A DNA stretch of 61,929 nt, the filler included, from Basidiobolus ranarum (lineage: Eukaryota), in NCBI GenBank assembly GCA_040143965.1. It is 22 parts of 22 records of this genome, joined end to end, with 100 filler letters (N's around TTAATTAATTAA, not from the genome) between each part and the next. Parts side by side here need not be neighbours in the genome. Positions count along the whole stretch, not along the records: positions 47,972 to 50,684 come from JASJQH010009919.1; positions 50,785 to 53,497 come from JASJQH010009920.1; positions 53,598 to 56,308 come from JASJQH010009921.1; positions 56,409 to 59,119 come from JASJQH010009922.1; positions 59,220 to 61,929 come from JASJQH010009923.1; 17 more parts are not named here. One strand, 5' to 3'. Below are positions 50,443 through 61,166 of this stretch, in pieces (the stretch's first letter is position 1; each line of letters opens with the position of its first letter). The notes beneath the pieces are model-generated. The model made no database searches. It was not told the DNA's origin and saw nothing but the letters and a program-made list of their open reading frames with translations. A program made the position numbers and the translations under genes.

Positions 50443-50784
50443 ATTATGTTGGTCCTTTTAGTTTGAATATGTTCTTATATAGGTAAGTCCCAAACGGCCA
50501 AGTTCATTGCAATGCTCACCCAAACAAAATCAACATTAAAGTACACCTGGAACATCCAAGGTCATCATTGGTACTGTTTATAATTGATATTGCACATAAT
50601 TGTTATTTATGTTTCAACCGATTGGATTACTATTATCCAACCATGTCTAATGGATACCATCATACTTACTACCCTTGACTTGCGNNNNNNNNNNNNNNNN
50701 NNNNNNNNNNNNNNNNNNNNNNNNNNNNTTAATTAATTAANNNNNNNNNNNNNNNNNNNNNNNNNNNNNNNNNNNNNNNNNNNN

Positions 50785-50928
50785 GGTCGTGGTCGATTTG
50801 GAAGAGGCGGAAGGATTGGTCGTTTTGGTGGGCGCAGATTGGGTAGGTTTGTCAGATTCGGGAGATTTGGTGGTTGGGGATCTGGGTGGAACAATGATTG
50901 TGGTGGTAATGATTGCGGAGATTGCTAG
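50785..50928 (+). CDS. Secreted Gly/Arg-rich peptide precursor, copy 1 (3' end only; true frame not in ORF track)
   Basis: GRGRFGRGGRIGRFGGRRLGRFVRFGRFGGWGSGWNNDCGGNDCGDC*; downstream sequence also similar to that of copy 2. Confidence 0.85.
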   Translation, partial: GRGRFGRGGRIGRFGGRRLGRFVRFGRFGGWGSGWNNDCGGNDCGDC

Positions 50929-51440
50929 TCAACTAGCATCTGAAATATCAAAACCCTCAATAATTCACACAAATCTGCTTATACCAACTTTTCATTGCCT
51001 TCATCTTATCAATCAACTTAATAAAAAGGCTCTGCAAAGGAGGTAATACTAAACTATCGCGAAATCTTGATATCTGCCGTTACTTTGTTTCGTAACCGGA
51101 ACCAAAAAATTGACAACGCAACTAATTTATAGTTATTATGCCATCCCGGAATAAATTTTGCGTACACTCTGTACTAAGCAAGTATAACATTATTCGCCCT
51201 AAGATTGGTATATTAACTTGAGAAGACATGATTACATTGACATTAGAGTCAGTGGTTACTAATATGACCAATATAACCCACTGCTTTATATATATGATTA
51301 TAACAGTCCGAAAATGATCTCACTAACTCTCTAGATTTCATTTGTGAAGCTCACAATTCTATATCGGCAGCTGGTATCTAATCTTCAGTAACACTATTTC
51401 AAAATATCTGTATCAATGGAATAAATTTAAACCTTGGCTG

Positions 51441-51447
51441 TATAAAA
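51441..51447 (+). promoter_or_regulatory. TATA box of precursor copy 2 (paralogous box at 52835-52841)
   Basis: CTGTATAAAA lies exactly 76 bp before the MYLQ ATG in both copies. Confidence 0.7.
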
Positions 51448-51516
51448 TGACCTGATAGTACCCAGTTTTTTGACAGTTTCAATTTGCTTTTCAACAATTG
51501 ATCTATCATGCTCAAT

Positions 51517-52197
51517 ATGTATCTACAAACTACCTTTATCAACACCATCATGTTTGCCTTCCTCGCAAATGCATCTGACACTAAACGAAGTCTACCTAGT
51601 GAACATATTGCTTTAGTCACTGCTACTACCTTCCCAGCGAGTAAGAACATGATGCTTGAGACTGACACTGACTTCTTCATTCCCAATTTTATATTAAAAG
51701 AGGAGATCGAGCTCACTCCCGAAGAATCCCAGTCGCGTCGTGTCAGCCTTGGAAAAATATTTGCTCGCTTGTCCAAGTCCTTTTCTGGTAAGATAGGGAT
51801 ATTCAACCCATCCAAGTTACATAAACCTGGTAAACATGTAACTACAATGCATCCTGAAACTGATAACCAAGATTTGAATACTTCTGTGAACTCAGACAGT
51901 GTTACCGCAACTGATAGAGACAACGGTAATATTGCTGATATTGATTATAGTGCGGATGATGAAGGAAATATGGATTTAGATACTTCTCCTGAAGAAACTG
52001 AGTTGCGACGTGGAGGGCGTGGTGGGCGCGGACATGGGGGTCGGGGTCACTTTGGTCGTGGCCGGTTTGGAAGAGGTGGAAGGTTTGGTCGTTTCGGTGG
52101 GCGCAGGTTTGGTAGGTTTGGCAGATTCGGGTGGTTTGGTGGTTGGGGATCCGGGTGGAACGATGACTGTGGTGGAGATGATTGTGGAAATTGTTGA
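51517..52197 (+). CDS. Secreted Gly/Arg-rich peptide precursor, copy 2 (complete, 226 aa)
   Basis: Signal-like N-terminus MYLQTTFINTIMFAFLANA-S, two acidic spacers ending in RR, C-terminal GRF repeats and C-x4-C-x2-C. An in-frame ATG at 51508 is an alternative start. Confidence 0.85.
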   Translation: MYLQTTFINTIMFAFLANASDTKRSLPSEHIALVTATTFPASKNMMLETDTDFFIPNFILKEEIELTPEESQSRRVSLGKIFARLSKSFSGKIGIFNPSKLHKPGKHVTTMHPETDNQDLNTSVNSDSVTATDRDNGNIADIDYSADDEGNMDLDTSPEETELRRGGRGGRGHGGRGHFGRGRFGRGGRFGRFGGRRFGRFGRFGWFGGWGSGWNDDCGGDDCGNC

Positions 52198-52910
52198 TCA
52201 ATATGATTCCAAAAATTGAAATTCTTCAATATCTCTCACAAGTCTGTTTATACCCAACTTTCACATCCTCATTACCCTCTTCCTATTGCCTAATCCAATA
52301 AAAAGGATCTGTATAGGATGTAATACTGAACTATTTCAAAAACTTGATATCTGCAGCCGCTTTGTTTATGTCATCATGAAACAAATTTCGCATAAGCTCT
52401 ACGCTAAGAAAGTATAATGCCGTTCACCTTTAAGCTGGTATATTATCTTGGGAAAGTATGATATTGTTGCATTTTAAATTTGCTGAATATAGCATTAAAT
52501 TTTATGGATAAAACTGAAACTTTTAAATCTATTCTAAGTGTTGAAATAAATAAACTGTAGCAATACCATCACTGATATATCATGCTGAAGCAGTGCTATT
52601 AATGATACAATAACATTTACTTTGCTCTAAAAATTGCACAGTGTTAATGCGCAACACTGATAATTATCTACTTATAATTGGGAATACTACGTAAAAGTTT
52701 ATTAATAGAAGTTCATCTGGTTCATAAAAGCACATCTCATGTGTTAAACTCATATCCATATATCAGGAGCAAAAGTTTATTCATCAGTAACGCTATTTTA
52801 AAATGACTGCGTCATTATTCTATCAAATTACCTGTATAAAACTACCAGTAGAGATCTTGTTTTTTGACAGTTTCGATTTGCCTTCCAACAAACCATTTAC
52901 CATTACAAAG

Positions 52911-53497
52911 ATGTATCTGCAAATTGCTCTTATTAATGGCTTGTTATTTACTTCCCTAACTAATGCATCTGATGCGCAACTAAACACACCTATTGCGAAT
53001 GTTGCTTTAGCTACAGCTACTACCTTCCCAGCAAGTGAGAGCATGATGCTTGGAACTGACGCTGATTTCTTCATTCCTGATTCCATATTGGATGAGGAGG
53101 TTGAGCTCACTCCCGAAGAATCTCAGTTGCGCCGTGTCAACCTTGGGAAGATATTTGCTCGCCTGTCCAAGTTCACCCCGGGTAAGATAAAGAAACTTTA
53201 TTCAACCAAGTTACATAAACCTGGTAAACATGTAACAACAATGCTTCCTGGAGCTGGTGAACAAGATACAAATACTCCAGTCACTTCTGACAGCATTACC
53301 GTACCTGATATCGACTATAGCCCAAATGAGCAAGGAGATGCAGATTTAGATACTACTCCTGAAGAAACCGAGCTGCGACGTGGAGGGCGCGGTGGTCGAG
53401 GTGGCCGTGGTGGTCGCATACGTGGAGGTCGCGGTCGGGGTCGCTTTGGAAGAGGGCGAGGACGCTTTGGCCGTGGCCGGTTTGGAAGAGGTGGAAG
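52911..53497 (+). CDS. Secreted Gly/Arg-rich peptide precursor, copy 3 (3' truncated)
   Basis: Colinear paralogue of copy 2. The track start at 52803 lies upstream of the TATA box, so MYLQ at 52911 is preferred. Confidence 0.85.
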
Positions 53498-53597
53498 NNN
53501 NNNNNNNNNNNNNNNNNNNNNNNNNNNNNNNNNNNNNNNNNTTAATTAATTAANNNNNNNNNNNNNNNNNNNNNNNNNNNNNNNNNNNNNNNNNNNN

Positions 53598-53774
53598 GAA
53601 GCCCCAAACTTTGTACACATGTTCCTGGGACCTTCCTTAACACATTCTACATGTTAGTTTGTTTACATCTTGACAAAACTATAAATGTCAACTTTCTACT
53701 CAATCAATAAGTGAAAACCATCAATTCCTCTAATTCTCCAAACCACTTCCAACAGGCTCCCAAATACTTTAACA
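53598..53774 (+). repeat. Copia family B LTR 3' part
   Basis: Ends CCAACAGGCTCCCAAATACTTTAACA; reverse complement of 60817-61000. Confidence 0.8.
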
Positions 53775-53967
53775 CCTTTCCTATCAATTACTTGCAGTTT
53801 CTATACCAGAGTGCTTTTTTAAATACATAGATAGTGGATGAGAACCCACAATCCATTTCGAATTGGTCAAGTGGTTTTATTTAATATCAAGCAAAAATTA
53901 ATAAATACACAGTGCCTTGTAACCAAGGTTACATTCATTTAATTTGATTACAATGTTGACGAGATAC

Positions 53968-56184
53968 TTAGTTTGACGTATGCATATCTCTAGCTTCATG
54001 AAGATCTTCTCTGGCTTGACCATGAGTTGCTTGTCCTTCTGACTTCAATTGTTCATTTCCTAATATAGAGCCCGCTGCTTGCTTGATTTTTCCTAAGAGC
54101 ATGCTACCCAACGCTGAGGCGGTGCCAGTTTCCGCATTAGTAGAGTCATCACGATGGATAGGAGTGTTGTTGGTTGCATCACTCAATCCATTCTCATTGT
54201 GGCTTCTGCCAGATAAATCTCTTTGGGAAAGATGATCGTTAGTCTCTAGTGTACCGCTAGGACCACGGCCAGAAACACTGTGCTCACCACCTAATACGTC
54301 CTTTGAACCAACACGAGAAGAGTTGCTGAGAGTACTGTCACGCTCCAAAGATACATCATGAATTCTCTCGTTATTTGAGCCAGTTGTATTCAAGTCACGA
54401 TTATCAACATCCGATACTCTTGAACCCCCCTGAGGATGAGTAGAATGATTGTTGTAATGTTCAGAACGGTTATTTTTATCTGCCAAACTACTCAAACCAG
54501 AACCGACAGTGACACCTCCAGCTTCAAGAGTACTAGTATGGCTATGAGCCTTATCGTCAACTCCATGGTGATTCGACCCCGAATTGTGAGCGAACGATTG
54601 AAGAGAAGGAGCAAGTGAATCATCATGATTGTGGGCTACATTGGGCACCCCAGCTTCACGAGAGCGTTCGGATAAAGGGTTGGTGGGATCAAAGGTACTA
54701 TTACTACTGTGATTGCGAATACTATTAGAATCATTATGACCGATCTGACCATGTCCTGTAACATCGGTGATTTTGTTAGACTCTACGAGTTTGGTTTCTG
54801 TAGGTCTCAATTTACGTGATGGATTGCCAAAGCTATCAGTCAGTATTTCTTGAGTTGTAAACTCACCATAGTGTGGTTTGATTGTTTCGTGGTTGTCAGA
54901 TAAAGCGGATTTAACTCTGTGACCAGAGTGATCATGGCTTCCGATACTTCTATCAACTGCACTATCTCTGTGTGCACTATTTTCTTGATGGGTAGGGATA
55001 ATGGGTGCGCCGCTTGCCATTCCACTAGCAGCTCCTGAGCCCAGGGCGTTTACTAAATGACTAGAATGATGTTTGTCCCCGTGGGTGTTAGAATCTAACC
55101 CTGAGTTGGCTCCAAATTCACTAGATCTTCCAAGTTCACTGACCACGTTTGTATGATCAGTAGGATTGCTGATGTCATGCTTGTATTCGCTGATTTGGTT
55201 GTCGACTCCGGAGCCAAGTCTAGTGTCTCCACTGCCTGGGAATACAGATTTGTTTCCATCTTGTCCTAACTCGTTCTGAGTACTTCCGGTTCTACTACTG
55301 AGGCTGTCATTGGGACTGAAATTATTGGACACTGGGTGACTGGAGGCCATGGGAGCATTGTGTACTGAACGAGTGCTGATATCGTCATCGGCTCCAAGTC
55401 CAGTGGATCGTGGCTGTGGATCAATATTTTGAGTAGATTTATCATCGAGGGAAGTATTATGAATATCATGGATGAGTTGGCCCATATTGTGAGCATTACC
55501 GATATTGCTATGAGTGCGAAGACTTCCGGGCTGCCCAAGATGTTGATGGTTATGATGACCACTGTGATGTTCACCACTGCCAATTGCATTGGATCCATCA
55601 TAGAAACCACTATCTACTGGGTGATCATGCTGATTATTAAAGGAGTTGTTGCTTCCAAGATCCGCCCCGATAGTATTCTTAGTGCCTTGGGGAGTTGCTG
55701 ACACATCTGGGTTTACTCTATCAGGTGTACTTGTGTGGTCATAGAGGCCAGTGGTTTTGGTATTTGTTGCATATTGATTATTGCTTCCAATATCAGCGCC
55801 AATAGTGTCCTTAGCACTATGAAGAGTAGTCGACTCATTGGGGTTAACTGTGTGTTGACTATCGTGTGTGAGATTGCCACTGTTTAGGCCAGTGAGTCCT
55901 TCGTTCTTGTTGAAACCATGGTCTCCGGGGAAAGATCCCGGGATATTGACAAACGAATCTTGTTCATTGTGAAGTGGCTTCGAGTGATCATAACTGGGAA
56001 GGATGTTATGTGCGGAAGTTTCCAGAGTAGATTTGTCGCGATTTAGGGAGTCACGTCCGAATTCAGGAGTATTTACAAAGGAAGGATCTGTAGTACGTTG
56101 TTGAACAGAGCCAGAAGTGATTGGGTTTGATTGGAAATCTTGGGAGCGGTCATCAGATGGGCGTGTGTTATTGAAAGAGCTCAT
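53968..56184 (-). CDS. 738-aa hydrophilic, probably disordered stress protein with a C-terminal CsbD-like motif
   Basis: Intronless; rich in S/G/N/D/H/T with no Cys or Trp seen; IPGSFPG; repeat KDTIGADIGSNN/KNTIGADLGSNN; C-terminal LGKIKQAAGSILGNEQLKSEG. Confidence 0.8.
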   Translation of the reverse strand: MSSFNNTRPSDDRSQDFQSNPITSGSVQQRTTDPSFVNTPEFGRDSLNRDKSTLETSAHNILPSYDHSKPLHNEQDSFVNIPGSFPGDHGFNKNEGLTGLNSGNLTHDSQHTVNPNESTTLHSAKDTIGADIGSNNQYATNTKTTGLYDHTSTPDRVNPDVSATPQGTKNTIGADLGSNNSFNNQHDHPVDSGFYDGSNAIGSGEHHSGHHNHQHLGQPGSLRTHSNIGNAHNMGQLIHDIHNTSLDDKSTQNIDPQPRSTGLGADDDISTRSVHNAPMASSHPVSNNFSPNDSLSSRTGSTQNELGQDGNKSVFPGSGDTRLGSGVDNQISEYKHDISNPTDHTNVVSELGRSSEFGANSGLDSNTHGDKHHSSHLVNALGSGAASGMASGAPIIPTHQENSAHRDSAVDRSIGSHDHSGHRVKSALSDNHETIKPHYGEFTTQEILTDSFGNPSRKLRPTETKLVESNKITDVTGHGQIGHNDSNSIRNHSSNSTFDPTNPLSERSREAGVPNVAHNHDDSLAPSLQSFAHNSGSNHHGVDDKAHSHTSTLEAGGVTVGSGLSSLADKNNRSEHYNNHSTHPQGGSRVSDVDNRDLNTTGSNNERIHDVSLERDSTLSNSSRVGSKDVLGGEHSVSGRGPSGTLETNDHLSQRDLSGRSHNENGLSDATNNTPIHRDDSTNAETGTASALGSMLLGKIKQAAGSILGNEQLKSEGQATHGQAREDLHEARDMHTSN

Positions 56185-56875
56185 AATGAAAATAGTGTAT
56201 ACAATGCTAAAGTTAGGTTTCTGAAATTTCCAAACGTTTTGGTACTGATATTTATGTAAATGTATCCCCTCTATGATCGGGCAATATCATTGATGGTACA
56301 GTCATCTANNNNNNNNNNNNNNNNNNNNNNNNNNNNNNNNNNNNNNNNNNNNTTAATTAATTAANNNNNNNNNNNNNNNNNNNNNNNNNNNNNNNNNNNN
56401 NNNNNNNNCTTGTATACGTCGAACTAAACAAGGCTAATTTTCAGCAATCGAGTAGATATCAGCCAAAATACGACATCTGGCACATGATGCACTTTATACT
56501 GTTAGAATACAATAAAGATTGGCCAAATAAGATATACCACTCTAAAAGGTTGTACAAATATATTCCAATGAGACCAACCGATACATTATTTCCGAGGTAA
56601 CTTTGCATATATGGGTGTATACCAGTTTTCTGGAAACACTACATTAGAGGTTAGCCTTTCGCCCTGTTCTTGATGCAAAGTAATATATGATCCGAGTTAC
56701 CTCATAAATGCGTGGTAACTACTGCAAAACAGGTTAGTACACAGCGTATAATATTCAGTGTGATTCGCACATTCCTTTTGCAAAGAAGGTACTTCATATG
56801 TGCCCAAAAATAAGGTTATCATTGGTATTTATTGAAGTATAAGTCAATCCTTACTAATCACCTAGTAATTGGTCA

Positions 56876-57268
56876 TTAGATTGTATTCGGATCAATACCA
56901 ACAGTCCATCCATTGTTGAGATTGAAGATTCCGCCTCTGGTGTCGTCATTCCTTCCTGCACAGGTGGTACCAATATATGACACAGCTTGGCGCATATCAT
57001 CATAGTAAAATGTTGCACAGCCACTTCCGATAGACACGCTAAAATCATATCTGTACCTAGCTCCATGATTGTCATAGTACATATTGGAAGAGAATTGTAG
57101 AGGAAATCCTGCACAGATCCATGAACTATCGTATCTTACTTATTTACCTTCTACAGCATCCCTCAAGGCAACAAGCTCTCCCCACTGACCAGTTGTATGA
57201 CATTTGCTTGCATCCGTAACCGACAACAATCCAAGAGCAAGCAGAATACTATACTTGACGGGAACCAT
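56876..57268 (-). CDS. Small secreted Y3-like protein with in-frame TAA (57140-57142): nonsense allele or 39-nt intron
   Basis: Track ORFs 57140-57382 and 56876-57082 share one frame: MVPVKYSILLALGLLSVTDA-SKCHTTGQWG..EGK*VRYDSSWICAG..RYDFSV..TCAGRNDDTRGG..VGIDPNTI; TATAAAA at ~57320-57326. Confidence 0.7.
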
Positions 57269-58479
57269 AAGACGTTCGATCACAGAATAAGTTACTGAAT
57301 CTGCCATGTCTAAAGCATTTTTTATACTTGTCACCATGGTATGTACGACATAGGGAGCCCCAAACTTCTGAAATGGCCCCAAAACTGCTCAGTGTCTGTG
57401 GGTACTTTACTCGCATAATCGTATCTGGTGAGGAACTGGTTCAACCCAAGTACCAGGTGCTCTGATCCTATTATTTTTCTCAAGTTCCGTATTAGGGTTC
57501 CTTCGTACCCTAATCCCATTGTTGCAACTTTGGGGACCTAGGTATGTTTATAGCAATGCAACTGTTGAGGTTTATTGCCTTCAGCATATTTCTTATTTCC
57601 ATACTTATACAGCTAAACATTACCTATATCCTATTTAAGTTAGTTAACATTGCCTAGTCAAATAGAACTTAGAAAATCAGAACATATTCCTAGTATGTAT
57701 CCTAGTAATGTCATGCTTCAAATTTCAAAGTTGTCCAAATTAACCGAAATATAAATCAACTTACTCTCAATGACGTTTTGGGCACAACCCCAGTGTTTAT
57801 TTTCCATATTTCCACCAAAAGGTATAAATGTTGTATTTCTGGTTAATTATTAAATATCTCTCAAGTTGACCACGACTTCATTTTCTAAGATCTCCATAAA
57901 CAGAACATTTACTCAATAATATTGGTGCGGCTTCTACCAAACTCCGAGTTTTAATGATGATGATGTGCCCTGTTCTAGAGGAACAACACGTTCTTCATGT
58001 TCATGATATACTTGTGGCTGCTCCGAATCAAAATTGCCGATTGTGTTCGGCATAGTTTTTGTTGCAGAAGAATGGGACGATGCTTGTTGTGGTACTAGCG
58101 AATGGATATCTTGAATTGCTGGACCGTACATGTTTTCGCAATACAACTCTTCTCCATATTGATCTAGCGCTTGTTTAAAAAAAAGGAAATTAATTATCAG
58201 CAGACAACTTTTCCAATCTCTCATGTATATACAAGCAGCTGTAAGTTAGTTACAAGAATAATGTAGAGCATCAGGAGCAAGAAAGACATACCAAACTCAT
58301 TATTTGACGGTTTGGAGGCCAATCAAGAAAGTGATATCAATTGCTAAGATTAATAAAGTTGTTTGAAATTGTGAGATCACGGATGTTTTTCTTGTTCAAA
58401 GTGTATATAAGGTTTATTTCATGACACCAAATACAAAATAGATTATAAACAAATAATATAGTAATACAATAACCAGAGC

Positions 58480-59119
58480 TTAATTATTCTTGATTTGGTT
58501 ATAGAAAGGATAGTCAGTGTAACCCGCAGCTTCGTTAGAGTAGAAAGTAGATCTGTCGTATTTGTTAAGTTCCCATCCATTGCGGAGACGTTCAGGAAGA
58601 TCGGGATTAGCAATAAAGGCGCGGCCATATGAAATCAAATCATTAGTACGCTCAGCAATATCGGCAGCAGTCTCTGTGGCATTGGAGAAGCCAGAAGAAG
58701 AAATAAAAGGTCCCTTCCAGATTTCACGGAAAGGCTCCAAAGTATCTTCAACTTCAGCGGAATCGCTCATAATGTTGGCACGAGCTTCGATAAAATGAAG
58801 ATAAGCTAAACTGGGGTGATTCTTTTGGAGTTGTGCAGTCAAGTAAGACCAGGTCTTGACAGGATTTTCGTCAGCCATGCCTTGGAAAGCTCCGTCAGGA
58901 GAGAAACGGATGGCAGTACGTTCAGCACCAACAGCATTCACAACAGCGTCTACGACTTCCAAAGCAAAACGACCACGGTTTTCGACTGACCCACCATACT
59001 CATCAGTTATATTGTTACTACTAGTGTTGATGAACTGGTCAATAAGATATCCGTTAGCTCCGTGGATTTCAACACCATCAAAACCGGCTTCAACAGCGTA
59101 CTTTGCAGCACGTGCATAT
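58480..59119 (-). CDS. Old yellow enzyme (NADH:flavin oxidoreductase), 5' truncated
   Basis: Frame extends to the contig end: [61 protein letters not shown]. Confidence 0.95.
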
Positions 59120-59219
59120 NNNNNNNNNNNNNNNNNNNNNNNNNNNNNNNNNNNNNNNNNNNNTTAATTAATTAANNNNNNNNNNNNNNNNNNNNNNNNN
59201 NNNNNNNNNNNNNNNNNNN

Positions 59220-59888
59220 TAGATGGAGATATGCAGTATTATTGTTTTAGCCATGGGGTAATCTATTCAAGCAATGATACATCTACTTGTGGCAGGACAT
59301 TTGTTGACTGCAAGTTGGGGATATATTGGCCAAATTCTTTACAGAAATTTGCCAAAATTCAAGAGCTCATTCTCATTGTGAATGGTAACAAGGGTCAGCT
59401 ATTTGCCAAGTGTCAGTGCTATTCAAAATTTCAGATGTTTAGTAATTTTCCACTGTTAGTTTGCTGCTTAGGCATATTGATGTTGTTGAGTTGTGTCTTA
59501 TTGGTCAAATATGTGCATATGTAGAGACTAAACACAACAAGATTCTTGTATTTTTTGATTCTCATTATGGCTGGAATACAAAGCCAGAAATATCTAAATA
59601 AAGGCATGCATATTAATTCAAATTCCTAAAGCAGTAAACCCAGTAATTTGCCATTTGAAAATTATGCTTTTGCAAAGAATTCCTGGATATTGGATAACAC
59701 ATGTCAAATTTGAGGATCAATATTTTAACATGTATGAATACCATTAAGATACCGTAATGAAGCCACTGTCGCACCATCAAAATCCCTGGCAGAATGCAAG
59801 CCAACAATATTGTGACAGTTCTCTGATGGTTTTGCTATTTTGGAGGGTGGATCCAATCCGGATCAAATCAATTTTATTTTTGCTAGGG
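59220..59888 (+). mobile_element. CACTA right arm with terminus
   Basis: Ends TTTTTGCTAGGG at 59888 and interrupts a Copia protease. Confidence 0.88.
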
Positions 59889-61166
59889 ATCTTCATAATC
59901 CAGAAGCCAATGTTTTTCATTTGGGAAATGTTGGGAAGCTCCAGAATCAATATACCACATCTGAGAATGCTTGTTGGTAGTCATAGATAGAGCAGATATG
60001 AACATGTGATCTTCTGTGGTAACCACATTTCCAGATTCAGTATGCTTTTCTTCTTTTGCAATCCTTTTAAAGCAATTGTTGCTAAAATTGCCAGTTCTCT
60101 TACATTAATCACAGAATGTGTTACTTTTCTTCTTAAAGTGCTTTTGACCTCTATAGGAAGGTTTCCCATAGCCTATAAAAGCATTTTCTTCATTCTTTTG
60201 GTTGAATCCTGATTTGCATAAATCTTCATTGAGAAGTCTGCCAATTACATAATTTAAGGTCAAATTTTCAGTTCTTGATTCTAGAGCCATTACTTGGCTC
60301 TGAAACTCATGTGGCAGGCTATTTAAGACTGTAACTATGATATCTTGATCAGTAGGTACTCCAATGCATGCCATATCAACCACTAAAATGGTGACCCTAT
60401 TAATTAGTGATTCAATGACTTCTCCAGGCTTAATCCTTAAGTTAAAGATTTGTCTTCTTAGAAACACCTTGTTGGCAGCAGAACATGTTTGGCCGGTGTC
60501 TTCTAAGGCTTTCCATACCTTCTTGGCTGTTTTAGCTCTTGAACATTGAATTAGAAATTTGTCTTCAACATTAAGACAAAATGTGTTAAAGGCACTTTGT
60601 TCTTTTTTAACCTGGAGTAAAGCTTTGGTTTCCAAGAGTTTTGCATTGTTTTTTTCTCCTACAATAGTGGCCTAAAGTTCTTTTTCTTGTAGCAGCATTT
60701 TGATTTTAATTTTCCAAACTTGATAATTGGTTTAATCCAATGTTTCAGAAGAGAGAATAGTTCCATAAATTGGAGAAGTAGACTTAACAGAGTGTGTAAG
60801 CTTGAGGCTCATAACCTGTTAAAGTATTTGAGAGCCTATTGGAAGTGGTTTGGAGTATTAGAGAAGTTGGTGATTCTCACTTAATGTTTTATTGAGTATC
60901 CAGTTGACATTTAAAGTTTTTTTCAAGATGTAAACAAACTAACATGAAGACAGAGTTAAGGAAGATGCCAGGAACATGTGTGCAAAGTTTGAGGCTTCCA
61001 GCACAATCTTGAAAAATCTATATATCTCAGCACTTCTAAATTGGTAAAATGTACACTGGGTAAATTCTGATTGACAATAAAGGATAATATCTTAGTGAAA
61101 TATAAGATAACTAAGTACCAAGCTATATATGACTATATAGGTGTTTAGGCAATGCTATTTTCAACA
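59889..61166 (-). mobile_element. Copia family B 5' LTR (60817-61166), PBS (60806-60816), gag and PR start
   Basis: LTR TGTTGAAAATAG..CTTTAACA then GGTTATGAGCC; gag ORF 60105-60635 (TAKKVWKALED..VTVLNSLPHEF); WYIDSGASQH. Confidence 0.92.

Noticed and set aside
52012-52140. RGG repeats as a nucleolin/fibrillarin/GAR1-type RNA-binding protein
   Set aside because: No RRM or methyltransferase domain; the signal-like N-terminus and dibasic sites point to secretion.
57934-58300. Possible small spliced gene downstream of OYE
   Set aside because: Intron-like signals exist (GTATGT, CTAAC..ACAG), but I could not build an in-frame model or recognise the peptide.
11318-59119. NRPS, HMG-CoA reductase, OYE and secreted peptides as one biosynthetic cluster
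   Set aside because: They lie on different contigs joined only by artificial spacers; there is no linkage evidence.
2732-59219. Regularly spaced TTAATTAATTAA as a CRISPR-like or regulatory repeat
   Set aside because: Always embedded in N runs of fixed length; it is a six-frame stop linker.
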